DNA of 53,157 nt, taken from Klebsiella phage vB_Kpn_K62PH164C2. Position 1 is the first letter of the stretch, and each line of letters opens with the position of its first letter. The stretch is from the sequence record OY757064.1, one strand, 5' to 3'. Under the pieces are notes generated by a model, which ran no database searches, was not told the DNA's origin, and worked only from the letters and a program-made list of their open reading frames with translations. A program made the position numbers and the translations under genes. This document shows positions 1-9,986 of this stretch, one piece after another.

Positions 1-522
1 ATGGCTAAGCAACCAAAAGTGAACGTTTCCCACTATGAAGGGAACTTTAAGGAATTGTACAACAAGCGTTATGGCGATATCGTTTCGCGATCCCGAACCT
101 ATACGCCGGAGCAGGTTTTCGATCTGGCGGTTCGGTACTTTACCTGGGCGGAGCAAAACGCAATCACGGCGGCGGAGTCGGCAAGCTTCCAGGGCGAGGT
201 TGAGCAAACGGAAATCTATAAGCCGCGAGTTTTCACCATCAAGGGCTTGCGTCTGTTTTGTTCGTTCAGCGAGGCGGTGTTAATCAAGTGGCGGCGCGAA
301 GAGGGCTACGCTGAAGTGATGGAGTTCATTGATTCTGTCATTGATGAGCAGAAATTCCAGCTTGCGGCGAACGGCGTTATTAATGCTTCCTTTATCGGTA
401 AGGATTTGGGGATCGATAAGCCTGCTACAATAAATGTTGAAACAACGGCGGCTTCCTCTTCCAGCAACACAACTGAAGTGATGATGAAGGATGCGGTAAA
501 CAGCATTCTTGATAATCTGTAA
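1..522 (+). CDS. putative terminase small subunit
   Basis: 173-aa ORF immediately upstream of the large terminase; position and character fit a phage DNA-packaging small subunit. Confidence 0.7.
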   Translation: MAKQPKVNVSHYEGNFKELYNKRYGDIVSRSRTYTPEQVFDLAVRYFTWAEQNAITAAESASFQGEVEQTEIYKPRVFTIKGLRLFCSFSEAVLIKWRREEGYAEVMEFIDSVIDEQKFQLAANGVINASFIGKDLGIDKPATINVETTAASSSSNTTEVMMKDAVNSILDNL

Positions 523-531
523 GGGGGCAAC

Positions 532-2103
532 ATGCTTTTATGGGAAGATCTCAATAACGAGCAAAAGCTGGCGATAAAGGAGCTAAGTAAAACGAATTTC
601 GAAATGATGATTCGAATTTGGTTCCAGCTTATCCAGGCGCAGAAGTTTCAGCCTAACTGGCATCACCGCTACCTTTGTCATGAGGTGGAGGAAATCATTG
701 CAGGCCGTCGCCGGGATACGATATTTAACGTCACTCCCGGCTCAGGTAAAACAGAGGTGTTCTCTATTCACCTCCCGGTTTACGCGATGATTAACCTTAC
801 TAAGATGCGTAACTTGAACGTGTCATTCTCAGACAGCCTCGTTAAGCGTAACAGCAAGCGAGTGCGCGAGATTATCAGCAGCAAGGAGTTTCAGGAGCTA
901 TGGCCCTGCAAGTTCGGAACCAGCAAGGATGATGAAATCCAGGTTTTAAACTCATTCGGCAAGGTGTGGTTCGAGCTTATATCCAAGGCGGCGGGCGGTC
1001 AGATTACTGGATCGCGTGGCGGGTACATGACGGACGGGTTTAGCGGGATGGTCATGCTTGACGATATAGACAAGCCTGACGATATGTTTTCTAAGGTCAA
1101 GCGTGAAAAGGTGCATACGCTACTGAAGAACACAATCCGCTCCCGACGCATGAAGGATGACACGCCGATAATCGCTATCCAGCAGCGGCTACACTCTCAG
1201 GACTCAACCTGGTTTATGATGAACGGCGGCATGGGGATAACGTTCGATAAGATCTCAATCCCGGCCCTGGTAACTGAGGAATACGGGAAATCACTTCCTG
1301 ACTGGTTACAACCGATATTCGAGAAGGATGTTTTATCGTCCGAATTCGTGGAGATTGACGGCGTTAAGCATTATTCGTTTTGGCCCGCTAAGGAATCGGT
1401 TCACGATCTTATGGCGTTGCGCGAGGCGGATTACTACACGTTTCAATCTCAGTATCAACAGGAGCCGATCACCTTGGGCGGCAACGTGTTCAACTCGGAT
1501 TGGTGGCGCTACTACGGAAGCGGGCCGGATGCAGATATGCCGCATCCTGAAAAGTTTGATTACCGTTTCATCACGGCGGACACGGCGCAAAAGACAGGTG
1601 AACTAAACGACTTCAGCGTTGTGATCGAGTGGGGAAGAAAGGGAGACAACATTTTCTTTATCGATGGGGTTCGCGGAAAGTGGGAGGCTCCCGATCTGGC
1701 TATCCAGTTCGAGGCATTCACAAAGAGAGCCTGGAGGAAGAATAAAGCGCTGGGCGTGCTTCGCAAGATATACGTTGAGGATAAGGCGTCCGGTACGGGC
1801 TTGATTCAGGACGTGGGGAAAAGAACGCCAATCAGTATAACCGCATTGCAGCGAAATAAGGACAAGGTTACAAGGGCGATGGATGCGCAACCAGTGATAA
1901 AGGCGGGCCGTGTTTACCTACCTGAAGAACATGATATGCTTGTTGAATTCATTGCAGAGCATAGTTCTTTCACGTATGATGATACGCACAAGCATGATGA
2001 TATTTGTGATAACACCTTTGATGCAGTAACCGAAGAATTGCTTATGTCAGACGACCCGATCGAGCGCATGAAGCGTTTAGCGGGATTATCCAAGCGGGGT
2101 TAA
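532..2103 (+). CDS. terL: terminase large subunit
   Basis: 523 aa; P-loop-like 'NVTPGSGKTEVFS', Walker B-like 'MVMLDDIDKPDD', nuclease-like 'FITADTAQKTGELNDFSV'. Confidence 0.93.
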   Translation: MLLWEDLNNEQKLAIKELSKTNFEMMIRIWFQLIQAQKFQPNWHHRYLCHEVEEIIAGRRRDTIFNVTPGSGKTEVFSIHLPVYAMINLTKMRNLNVSFSDSLVKRNSKRVREIISSKEFQELWPCKFGTSKDDEIQVLNSFGKVWFELISKAAGGQITGSRGGYMTDGFSGMVMLDDIDKPDDMFSKVKREKVHTLLKNTIRSRRMKDDTPIIAIQQRLHSQDSTWFMMNGGMGITFDKISIPALVTEEYGKSLPDWLQPIFEKDVLSSEFVEIDGVKHYSFWPAKESVHDLMALREADYYTFQSQYQQEPITLGGNVFNSDWWRYYGSGPDADMPHPEKFDYRFITADTAQKTGELNDFSVVIEWGRKGDNIFFIDGVRGKWEAPDLAIQFEAFTKRAWRKNKALGVLRKIYVEDKASGTGLIQDVGKRTPISITALQRNKDKVTRAMDAQPVIKAGRVYLPEEHDMLVEFIAEHSSFTYDDTHKHDDICDNTFDAVTEELLMSDDPIERMKRLAGLSKRG

Positions 2104-2133
2104 TCCCCGCTTTACCCACTGGAGTTTATAATT

Positions 2134-3438
2134 ATGTCAAAGATCGTTAAGATTAAAACGGATGGATACAACGATGTATTCAATCGTGATTGCGGGGCGG
2201 AGATCTCATCCCAAACTATGGGGAATGCGATCAGTTCCAGTATGCAGGGAACTATCGTTGCATTCTATTACGAAGATGCTATGGCGCGCCGAATTGTTGA
2301 TGTAATCCCGGAGGAGATGGTTGCCCCAGGGTTTACCCTCAACGGCGTAAAAGATGATGGCGCTTTTCAGTCACTATGGGATAGCACGAAGGCAGAAGAG
2401 CTAATTACTGACGCGCTTTGCTGGTCGCGACTGTTCGGTGGTTCCGGCATCATGGCCCTGGTGAATGACGGGCGAACGCTTCGGACTGCGGTTAAACCTG
2501 AAGGTAACACGCTAGAATCCATTCGCGTATACGATCGCCACCAGATCACGATTGACACATACGAGAACAACCCGCGAAACCCTCGCTTCGGTCTTCCTAA
2601 GACCTACCGAATCAAGCCGGGAAACTCGCTAAAAGAATTTGTTGTACACCATACGCGAATTCACATCATCGACGGCGAGCGAATCCCTAATGCCGTCCGA
2701 GATGAAAATAAGGGCTGGGGCGTTACCGTTCTTAACCCTAAGCTGGTTCACGCGATCCAGGATTACAACAAGTGCGAAGACCTAGCGACGCAGTTACTAC
2801 GCAGAAAACAACAAGCCGTATGGAAGGCTAAAGGGCTTGCGGAACTATGCGACGATAACGAAGGGATGTACGCCGCGCGGTTGCGCTTGGCTCAGGTTGA
2901 TGATAACTCGGGCGTCGGAAACACGATCGGGATTGATGAAGAGTTTGAAGATTACATTGTTCTAAACTCTGATATTTCCGGCGTACCGGAATTCATTCAG
3001 CAGAAGATCGATCGCATCGTCTCTTATTCCGGCATTCATGAAATCATCCTGAAGAACAAAAACACGGGCGGGGTTAGCTCAAGCCAAAACACGGCATTGC
3101 AGACTTTCTATAAACTCATTGACAGAAAGCGCAACGAGGACTATAAGCCGATCCTTGAATTCCTGCTTCCTTTCATGTTGAATGAAAAGGAATGGAGCGT
3201 TGAATTCGAGCCGTTGTCGATCCCGTCAGATAAAGAGAAGTCTGAGATCATGAAGGCCAACGCCGAGGCGGTAGGCTCTTTGGTTGACAAGCAGATCATC
3301 GACGACGAAGAGGCGCGCGACACGCTGGAATCCCTCAACATCGGCCTGAAGCTGAAGGTTGGCGGGGCGAAACTACCCAAGCGCAAAGAGGTGAAAGAAG
3401 AGGTGAAAGAAGAGGTGAAGAATGAAGATAAGCGCTAG
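2134..3438 (+). CDS. portal protein (DUF1073-like)
   Basis: 434 aa after terL; 'RIVDVIPEEMVAPGF' and 'CWSRLFGGSGIMALVNDG' are typical of this portal family. Confidence 0.88.
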   Translation: MSKIVKIKTDGYNDVFNRDCGAEISSQTMGNAISSSMQGTIVAFYYEDAMARRIVDVIPEEMVAPGFTLNGVKDDGAFQSLWDSTKAEELITDALCWSRLFGGSGIMALVNDGRTLRTAVKPEGNTLESIRVYDRHQITIDTYENNPRNPRFGLPKTYRIKPGNSLKEFVVHHTRIHIIDGERIPNAVRDENKGWGVTVLNPKLVHAIQDYNKCEDLATQLLRRKQQAVWKAKGLAELCDDNEGMYAARLRLAQVDDNSGVGNTIGIDEEFEDYIVLNSDISGVPEFIQQKIDRIVSYSGIHEIILKNKNTGGVSSSQNTALQTFYKLIDRKRNEDYKPILEFLLPFMLNEKEWSVEFEPLSIPSDKEKSEIMKANAEAVGSLVDKQIIDDEEARDTLESLNIGLKLKVGGAKLPKRKEVKEEVKEEVKNEDKR

Positions 3439-4192
3439 AATCCCGGCATGGCGCTATCCTGAAGCAAGCGAGCGGGCATTGTCCCGCCGCTTACAAGAGG
3501 CAACCCGCGATCTTGTTGTTGAGATGCGGGATCGCCTGGATAGCCTGAAGTTTGACGCAACCAACGAGGAGATCGAAGAGGCAGAGGCCGACATTGAAGA
3601 AAGAGCCTTCGAAATCTTTATGGCTGTTATTGCTGGCCTGGCGGCGGTAGGGCTGACGGTGTACCGCTTCAACTCTCAGCAGTGGTTAGCTATTGCCCTG
3701 GCGGCTGGTGGCAAGGATAACCCGGCGATAATGACCCTGAAGCAAAACGGGCCTATCGGCGCGGAGCCGTGGTATCAGGAGAAGTTAGACCAATGGCAAG
3801 GCGTAGCAACAACCAGTGTAAGAAAGCTTGCTAACGATATCGTCTCTGACTGGTCAATCAAGGTTAAGGCCGCGAATGCCAAGGGGGCAAGTCGGGAAGA
3901 GATCGACGAAATAATCGAAGAGCGTTACGCCATTTATGGGAGCTGGTCAAAGAATCGTGCATCGGGTATAATTGGCACGTTTAGCAGTATGCTAATGATG
4001 CAAAGGCTTGTTGACGCGAAAGTTTCGCATTACTTTTGGTTTGGCGTGATGGACGATCGCGAAAGGGAATCTCACGTTAAACTTGAGGGGGCGCGCCGAC
4101 CAGTCAACGGGAAGGGGATATTCCCCGGCGAAGAATACGGTTGCAGGTGCTGGGCTGTACCGGACTTTAAAAACATAGAGGTAAGGCAATGA
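3422..4192 (+). CDS. head morphogenesis protein (SPP1 gp7/Mu F-like)
   Basis: C-terminal 'HYFWFGVMDDRERESHVKLEGARRPVNGKGIFPGEEYGCRCWAVP' matches the minor head protein motif. Confidence 0.85.
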   Translation: MKISARIPAWRYPEASERALSRRLQEATRDLVVEMRDRLDSLKFDATNEEIEEAEADIEERAFEIFMAVIAGLAAVGLTVYRFNSQQWLAIALAAGGKDNPAIMTLKQNGPIGAEPWYQEKLDQWQGVATTSVRKLANDIVSDWSIKVKAANAKGASREEIDEIIEERYAIYGSWSKNRASGIIGTFSSMLMMQRLVDAKVSHYFWFGVMDDRERESHVKLEGARRPVNGKGIFPGEEYGCRCWAVPDFKNIEVRQ

Positions 4193-5322
4193 AAAAGGTT
4201 CAAAGGTTTGATGTTGCGCGGGTTAAGGCCCGCTTTGATGAGAATGGTTTTCTGGTTGACACTCCGATCGTGGCGCGCATCGGTGCGCAGACATACCAGA
4301 CGCCGAAGGGGCCGCGCGTTGAATTCCGTCCGGCCTCCGAGGTGTTCGATAGCGAGTCTCTCGAATCGTTTCGCGGGAAGCCGATCACGTTAGGTCACAC
4401 GATGGTTAACGCCAAGAACGCAAAGAGCCTGGTTGTCGGCTCATGCTCCGGCGCTGGCAAGCGCGATCATGACGGCGTTGGTGTACTCGCTCCCGTAACT
4501 GTTTATGACGAACATTCGATCGGACAGGCAAAGAAGAAGATCGCGGCGGAATTATCGGTTGGTTACACTTCGGTTGATATCGATCGCAAGGGTTGGGGCA
4601 ATAACGCCACTGGTGAATATTACTTTGATGAAGATTTGCCGGAAAACTTCGACGAGCTAAAACAAGATGCTGCGGATGATTGGGTTAGGTTTGACGCCGT
4701 TCAAACTTGCATTAGGGTCAATCATATCGCGTTAGTATTTAAAGGCCGCGCGGGAATCGCTAAATTAAATCTTGACAGTGAGCAGGAGTTCCCGTACTCT
4801 GACCACGTCAACAACAAAGAGGAAAAGACTATGATTATCAAACTCGACGGCGTAGAAGTTGAAGTTTCCGAACAGGTCGGAGCGCATATCGCCAAACTCG
4901 ACACGCAGATCGCCACCGCCGCGACGGCGAGCCAGAATACGATTGCAACATTAACCGCAGAGCGTGATCAGCTTCAGGTTAAAGTTGACGGCATCCCGGC
5001 AGCAATTGAAGCCGCCGTTACCGCCGCGAAAGAAGATGCAAAAGCACTTTCAGATCTGGTTGCTATCGTTGGCGGCGCTGGCATTAAGACCGATGGCCTG
5101 AGTGCCAAAGAGCTTAAGATCGCCTACGTTAAAGAGGTGGCAAAGATTGACGTTTCTGATAAAGATGACGTTTACATTGATGCATCCTTTGACGTCGCGC
5201 AAAAATCTGATAATATGGCACAGCAGCGTTTAGACGCAGCAGGCCGAGCGCAGGAAGATTCCGGCAAGGCAAAAGAAGACGCTGACGAAATCCCCGATCC
5301 TCAAGCGCGTTTTCGTAAGTAA
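4189..5322 (+). CDS. DUF2213-type head/scaffold-protease-like protein
   Basis: 'MKKVQRFDVARVKARFDENGFLVDTPIVARIGAQTYQTPKG...ESLESFRGKPITLGHTMVNAKN' plus C-terminal coiled-coil scaffold-like region; overlaps the previous gene. Confidence 0.8.
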   Translation: MKKVQRFDVARVKARFDENGFLVDTPIVARIGAQTYQTPKGPRVEFRPASEVFDSESLESFRGKPITLGHTMVNAKNAKSLVVGSCSGAGKRDHDGVGVLAPVTVYDEHSIGQAKKKIAAELSVGYTSVDIDRKGWGNNATGEYYFDEDLPENFDELKQDAADDWVRFDAVQTCIRVNHIALVFKGRAGIAKLNLDSEQEFPYSDHVNNKEEKTMIIKLDGVEVEVSEQVGAHIAKLDTQIATAATASQNTIATLTAERDQLQVKVDGIPAAIEAAVTAAKEDAKALSDLVAIVGGAGIKTDGLSAKELKIAYVKEVAKIDVSDKDDVYIDASFDVAQKSDNMAQQRLDAAGRAQEDSGKAKEDADEIPDPQARFRK

Positions 5323-5376
5323 GCAATCATTGCGCCCCCAGGGGCGCTAATCAAAATCTGAAGAAGGAAATAAATT

Positions 5377-5886
5377 ATGTCTCTCATTCGTGCATCTTAT
5401 ACGGTTCATCGCGGCCAGGCTTACGCAGGCCAGATTGCTGATACTTCTCTTTACAATATCGATGGCGCTTGCGTTGCATCCGCGAAGTTTGCGATCGGCA
5501 AGCTTGTTTGCGTAGATCAGGTTCAACCAGTAGAAGGCCATAAGGTTGTTTCGGTAGCAAAAGATGCTACTAAGCCGCTTTTGGGCGTTGCGGTAATGTC
5601 TCATGCTTACTCTCCGACTGGCGAATATGAGGAAGGCGTTGCAGTTAACGTAATGACTCACGGGCGCGTTTGGGCGCTGGTAAAAGCTGACGGCTTTACT
5701 GATGCGGATGCTGGTTTTGATAAGGCTGTATCATTCAACTCTGAAGGCGTTATTGATAAGGCTGGCACCATCAAGACCGGGTATACCTTCACTGGCGAAG
5801 TGCTTCCGACTACTGACGCGAAATATAAAATCGCGAAAATCCAGCTAATCCAATCAGCCAAAGCGCCTGCCGCTTCCGCTGGTTAA
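5377..5886 (+). CDS. DUF2190-like capsid decoration/minor capsid protein
   Basis: 169 aa between DUF2213 and major capsid genes; small beta-rich decoration-like sequence. Confidence 0.6.
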   Translation: MSLIRASYTVHRGQAYAGQIADTSLYNIDGACVASAKFAIGKLVCVDQVQPVEGHKVVSVAKDATKPLLGVAVMSHAYSPTGEYEEGVAVNVMTHGRVWALVKADGFTDADAGFDKAVSFNSEGVIDKAGTIKTGYTFTGEVLPTTDAKYKIAKIQLIQSAKAPAASAG

Positions 5887-5930
5887 TTGTGGTGGTGGAA
5901 TTAATTTTCCACCATAACACACAAAACCTT

Positions 5931-5958
5931 TTGACCGATTAACAAAAAGTGCTATTAT
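5931..5958 (+). promoter_or_regulatory. sigma70-like promoter upstream of major capsid gene (TTGACC-N16-TATTAT) with the TAGCAC palindrome in its spacer, reversed
   Basis: TTGACC 5931-5936, TATTAT 5953-5958; TAACAAAAAGTGCTA at 5940-5954 is the reverse complement of TAGCACTTTTTGTTA. Confidence 0.6.
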
Positions 5959-5959
5959 G

Positions 5960-5986
5960 AAGCCGTGTTTAACTATACGGCTTTTT
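5960..5986 (+). terminator. terminator-like hairpin AAGCCGT-N10-ACGGCTT-TTT
   Basis: 7-bp stem followed by U-tract, directly after the DUF2190-like gene. Confidence 0.6.
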
Positions 5987-6007
5987 AAATCCAAGAAGGA
6001 AAAAATC

Positions 6008-6952
6008 ATGACTATGAAACTCGACGCATTCGAACAGAATCACATTACCCAATGCATGCAGCGGATGGGCGTTTCGGCAGAGAAAGCCGATCAGATGGGT
6101 ATCTGGACTGTTCAGCAGTTAAAGCAGACTCTGAAGCGACAGTATGAAGCAATGTACCCTGAAACCTCGGCCCTGGCCCTGTTCCCGGTTACTACCGAAC
6201 TGGCACCGACAACCAACGTTTTCGAATACATGACCTTCGACGGCGTGGCAATGGCTAAAATCATTGCTGACTATACCGACGACCTGCCGACCGTTGAGGC
6301 AATGTCTGGTACTGAAACTGGTAAGGTGCATCGCTTCGGTAACGCATGGCTGATCTCTATTGACGAAATCAAAACGGGCGCGGCTATGGGTAACAGCCTT
6401 AGCGACCGTAAAGCTACGCTGGCGCGTGAAGCGCATGAAACCCTGCTTAACAAGCTGGTGTTTAAAGGCTCCAAGCCTCACAAGATCGTTTCAATTTTCG
6501 ACCATCCGAACATTACGAAAATCACCTCCAAGGGCTGGACTACAGACCCGGAAGTAGCAGAAGATGAGATGATGGATTTGATCGAGAAAATCGAAACTAT
6601 CACCAACGGCCTTCACAAAGTAACCAACATTGTGATCCCGCCGTCTAAGCGCCGCCTGCTGGCTAAGCGTATGCCTGATACTACCATGACTTACCTGGAC
6701 TGGTTCAAGACTCAGAACAACGGCATTACCTTTGAGTCTATCGCAGAACTGGAAGACGTGGACGGCGCAGGCACCAAAGCGGTACTGGCTTATGAGAAGT
6801 CGCCGATGAACATGAGCATTGAGATCCCGGAAGCGTTTAACATGCTGCCGATGCAGCCTAAAGATCTGCATTTCAAAGTTCCTTGCACCTCCAAAGCCAC
6901 GGGCCTTATCATTTATCGCCCACTGACTATTGCAATGCTGGTTGGCGTGTAA
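6008..6952 (+). CDS. major capsid protein (DUF2184-like)
   Basis: Start at ATG 6008 (MTMKLDAFEQNH) with upstream AGGA; family-like sequence and position. Confidence 0.82.
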   Translation: MTMKLDAFEQNHITQCMQRMGVSAEKADQMGIWTVQQLKQTLKRQYEAMYPETSALALFPVTTELAPTTNVFEYMTFDGVAMAKIIADYTDDLPTVEAMSGTETGKVHRFGNAWLISIDEIKTGAAMGNSLSDRKATLAREAHETLLNKLVFKGSKPHKIVSIFDHPNITKITSKGWTTDPEVAEDEMMDLIEKIETITNGLHKVTNIVIPPSKRRLLAKRMPDTTMTYLDWFKTQNNGITFESIAELEDVDGAGTKAVLAYEKSPMNMSIEIPEAFNMLPMQPKDLHFKVPCTSKATGLIIYRPLTIAMLVGV

Positions 6953-6960
6953 TACACTAC

Positions 6961-6988
6961 AGGCACTTACTTAGTAAGTGCCTTTTTT
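6961..6988 (+). terminator. intrinsic terminator after major capsid gene
   Basis: GGCACTTAC-TTA-GTAAGTGCC-TTTTTT. Confidence 0.85.
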
Positions 6989-7015
6989 AAAACGTAAATT
7001 TAAGGAATCATCAAA

Positions 7016-7279
7016 ATGGCTAAAGCAACCGCAATTACTCTCGTTAACATCGGCCTTTGCATCATTCGAATCAACAAAGAAGATCTGGCCCCCGGTGATG
7101 AATTTGAAGTTTCGCCGGAATTCCTGCAAACTCAAGCGGCTAAGAACCTTTTCGTTAGTAAGCAAGTCGAATTCCTTGACGACAGCAAGCGAACGAAAGC
7201 CTTCATTGCCGACATTAAGCAGAAAAAAGTAAAAGAGCTAACCAAAGAACAGCTTGAAGACGGCGGCGAAATCAAATAA
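7016..7279 (+). CDS. hypothetical structural-region protein
   Basis: 87-aa ORF with good spacing between two terminators. Confidence 0.7.
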   Translation: MAKATAITLVNIGLCIIRINKEDLAPGDEFEVSPEFLQTQAAKNLFVSKQVEFLDDSKRTKAFIADIKQKKVKELTKEQLEDGGEIK

Positions 7280-7284
7280 CATTT

Positions 7285-7312
7285 AGGGACTCTATAAAGA
7301 GTCCCTTTTTTA
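7285..7312 (+). terminator. intrinsic terminator
   Basis: AGGGACTC-TATAAA-GAGTCCCT-TTTT. Confidence 0.85.
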
Positions 7313-7330
7313 TTACCTGGAGAAAATACC

Positions 7331-7744
7331 ATGAATCAAGAAGAAGAGTTTGAGAAAGCGTATCAGTTTATGATCGCTCTAGTCCCGGCGCTTAAGCGGG
7401 TGGATAAAGATCAGATTATGGCCTTCGTCCTTCTGGCTAGCGACTTCGTTTGTAAGTCTAAGTTTGGCGATCGCTATCACCGGGCGCTTGCTCTCTACAC
7501 GCTGCACTCTATGTTTTTGGATGGAGCGCTTAAAGAAGAGAGTGAAGGAATAGAGGAATACTCGCGGAGAATTGCATCATTTACGCTGACTGGTGAATTT
7601 AGTCAGACATTCGCGGCGGTTTCCGAGGGGGCGGGCAATCTAATAACCTCAACACCTTGGGGCAAACAGTACCGAACCTTACTCATGAAGTGCGGCGGCG
7701 GCTTCGGCCTCATTGCCGGAATTCGTCCGAGGTGCCAACGATGA
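7331..7744 (+). CDS. head-completion adaptor (DUF4054-like)
   Basis: 137 aa; 'ALALYTLHSMFLDG...TPWGKQYRTLLMKC' typical of this adaptor. Confidence 0.72.
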   Translation: MNQEEEFEKAYQFMIALVPALKRVDKDQIMAFVLLASDFVCKSKFGDRYHRALALYTLHSMFLDGALKEESEGIEEYSRRIASFTLTGEFSQTFAAVSEGAGNLITSTPWGKQYRTLLMKCGGGFGLIAGIRPRCQR

Positions 7745-8115
7745 ACTACGCTAAAATACAAAGAATGGCAACAAAGGGAATCAACTTCTTCAGTGATGAA
7801 GATGGGGTTTTCGATCTGATTATCTCAGGCGGCGGCGACGCCGAATTTATCGACGGAAAGATCGTTGAAAAGCCGGAGGTAAGAGCCAAGATTAAAGGCG
7901 CGGTTCGAGACGTAAAAGATCGAGACATTAACGGGGAGACAATCCTTGCGGGCGATAAGCGAGGATTCTTTACTCATGACGTGCCTATTGAGCAGGGGAT
8001 GACCGTTATTATCGACGGCGAGCATTACCGGGTAGTTAATGCTAGACCAGTCAGGCCAACTAAAACGGTTGTTGCTTATCGGCCTATACTCAGGAGGGTT
8101 GCGGTAATTGGCTAA
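7741..8115 (+). CDS. putative head-tail joining protein
   Basis: ATGA overlap with upstream gene supports start at 7741; tight operon position. Confidence 0.65.
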   Translation: MNYAKIQRMATKGINFFSDEDGVFDLIISGGGDAEFIDGKIVEKPEVRAKIKGAVRDVKDRDINGETILAGDKRGFFTHDVPIEQGMTVIIDGEHYRVVNARPVRPTKTVVAYRPILRRVAVIG

Positions 8116-8545
8116 CTACACGATAAACGAATTCCACGGAGCTATTGATAATTGGATTAACGCCGCAGGGAAGGGGCTAGAGGACGTTGTAAGGTTTACC
8201 TCCGAAGATATACTTAAAGATTTAGTTAACGGCTCTCCGGTCGATACAGGGCGATTTAAGGGCAACTGGCAAATAACTTTTAACCAGGCTCCCCTATACG
8301 CTCTCAACCGATACGACCGCGAAGGTAGCAGCACCATAGCGGAAGGAAACGCCGAGATCGCTAGGTTCGGTAAAGGGGTTGGCATTACAACGATATGGTT
8401 TAGTAACATGCTGATTTACGCAAACGCTCTCGAATATGGACACTCGCAGCAAGCGCCTAACGGCGTCATGGGGATTGTAGCCCTTCGCCTGGGCGTGTAC
8501 GTAACGAATGCAATAAAAAAAGCGAGGGCTGAAAATGCACTATGA
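8108..8545 (+). CDS. HK97 gp10-like neck/tail completion protein
   Basis: 'SPVDTGRFKGNWQITF' and 'IYANALEYGHSQQAPNGVMGI' motif. Confidence 0.8.
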   Translation: MANYTINEFHGAIDNWINAAGKGLEDVVRFTSEDILKDLVNGSPVDTGRFKGNWQITFNQAPLYALNRYDREGSSTIAEGNAEIARFGKGVGITTIWFSNMLIYANALEYGHSQQAPNGVMGIVALRLGVYVTNAIKKARAENAL

Positions 8546-8927
8546 ATTAGAAGTTGATGCAAGGGATTTTGTATATAAATCCTTTAAGCAGTATCCGATC
8601 GCAATTGACAATGTAAGCTTCAAGCCTCCCGCTGATGGCTCTATGTGGTTGCGGTTCCGATACCTCCCGGCAGTGAGTGAGCCAGTATCACTTGATCGAG
8701 AGTGTATGGTTTACGTTGGCATGGCTCAGGTTGATGTTGTCTTTCGCCCTGGTGTTGGGAACGACAAGGCAAATAAATTGGCTAAGGATATAGCCAAGGC
8801 CGCAAAAGATGGTATAATGCTTCCGAATTGCTACATTTACGAATGCGGCAAAGTCCATCCAGTACAGAAGAGTGAAACGGGCTGGTTCATTCCGGTGCGG
8901 TTCGCAGTAAGAACAGAAACCAAATAG
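8535..8927 (+). CDS. tail terminator-like protein
   Basis: 130 aa; order as in siphovirus tail operons. Confidence 0.6.
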   Translation: MHYELEVDARDFVYKSFKQYPIAIDNVSFKPPADGSMWLRFRYLPAVSEPVSLDRECMVYVGMAQVDVVFRPGVGNDKANKLAKDIAKAAKDGIMLPNCYIYECGKVHPVQKSETGWFIPVRFAVRTETK

Positions 8928-8938
8928 AGGATCACATT

Positions 8939-9598
8939 ATGCACTTACCTAACGGCGCAAAAGTATTTGTTGAGAGCAAGCGCGATGCCGAGATCGCATT
9001 TACCAAAATGACCAACGCAGCAGCCAACCCGGTTGTAACCGTATCCGACACAAGCAAAATTGCCGCGAAAGATATCTTCATCATCACCGCTTCCGCATGG
9101 TCTGGTGTCGTGAACAAAGTTGTTCGCATCAAGTCCGTTGATGCCGCGGCTAAAACCGCAACCCTGGAAGAGTTGGACACTTCAGATCTTAACCTGTTCC
9201 CGGCTGGCGGCGCTGGTTCGTTCGCTAAGATCTCCGGCTGGTCTGAGATCCCTTGTGTACAAGACCTGGGGAAAGAAGGCGGCGAGCAGCAATACTACAC
9301 CTATCAATGCCTGGCGGATGAAGAAGAGCAGAGCGAGCCGACCTATAAGAGCGCAACCACGCTTACTTATAACTTCGCCCACGACTTCACCAACCCGATC
9401 TATGCAACCCTTCGGGCGGCTGATAAGGCGAAAGAAGCGAAGGCGTTTTATATGTACGTCCCGCGCGCGAAAGAAAATCGCTACTGGTCTGGTGTGCCGT
9501 CATTTGACGATATCCCGTCCACTGCGGTTAACGAAATGGAAACCGTACTGCTTTCTATCGCGGTGAAAGGTCGTCACGTTTTCTTACCTGCAAGTTAA
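8939..9598 (+). CDS. major tail tube protein
   Basis: 219 aa immediately upstream of chaperones and tape measure. Confidence 0.68.
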   Translation: MHLPNGAKVFVESKRDAEIAFTKMTNAAANPVVTVSDTSKIAAKDIFIITASAWSGVVNKVVRIKSVDAAAKTATLEELDTSDLNLFPAGGAGSFAKISGWSEIPCVQDLGKEGGEQQYYTYQCLADEEEQSEPTYKSATTLTYNFAHDFTNPIYATLRAADKAKEAKAFYMYVPRAKENRYWSGVPSFDDIPSTAVNEMETVLLSIAVKGRHVFLPAS

Positions 9599-9601
9599 TT
9601 C

Positions 9602-9627
9602 AAAGGGGGCGCTTGCGCTCCCTTTTC
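9602..9627 (+). terminator. intrinsic terminator
   Basis: AAAGGG(G)GCGC-TT-GCGC(T)CCCTTTTC. Confidence 0.75.
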
Positions 9628-9674
9628 TTTTGTGTATAATCACCATAAATTCACTAAACAAAGAGGTTCAACAA

Positions 9675-9986
9675 ATGGCTAAGTTCAAACTCAAAATTGG
9701 CGCTCTTCCTGATTTTAAACTCCCGGTTCCGTTCCTGCTTCCTAACGGCGACGACTGCGAGATCGTATTTACGGTTAAGCACAAGAAAAGCAGCGAAGTT
9801 GAAGAGCTATTTGATAAGGGCGCGAAAAACCTTGAGTTTATCAAGTTCCTTTGCGTTGGCTGGGATCTTGAAGAAGAGTTTAACGATGAAAACATCCTTG
9901 AGCTTTGCGGACTATTCCCTTCAATCCCGCTAATGCTCCCGCAAGAATACTTTAAGGCTCTTGCCGGGTATCGAGCAAAAAACTAA
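9675..9986 (+). CDS. tail assembly chaperone (G-like), frame 0
   Basis: 103 aa upstream of tape measure; ends in GCA AAA AAC TAA. Confidence 0.78.
   Translation: MAKFKLKIGALPDFKLPVPFLLPNGDDCEIVFTVKHKKSSEVEELFDKGAKNLEFIKFLCVGWDLEEEFNDENILELCGLFPSIPLMLPQEYFKALAGYRAKN

Noticed and set aside
3388-3420. GAGGTGAAAGAA tandem repeat at the end of the portal gene
   Set aside because: Short in-frame charged tail (KEEVKEEVKEEVK) of low information; common in portal C-termini and not clearly functional.
5332-5347. GCGCCCCCAGGGGCGC palindrome as terminator
   Set aside because: Good stem but essentially no loop and no U-tract; left unannotated as a terminator.
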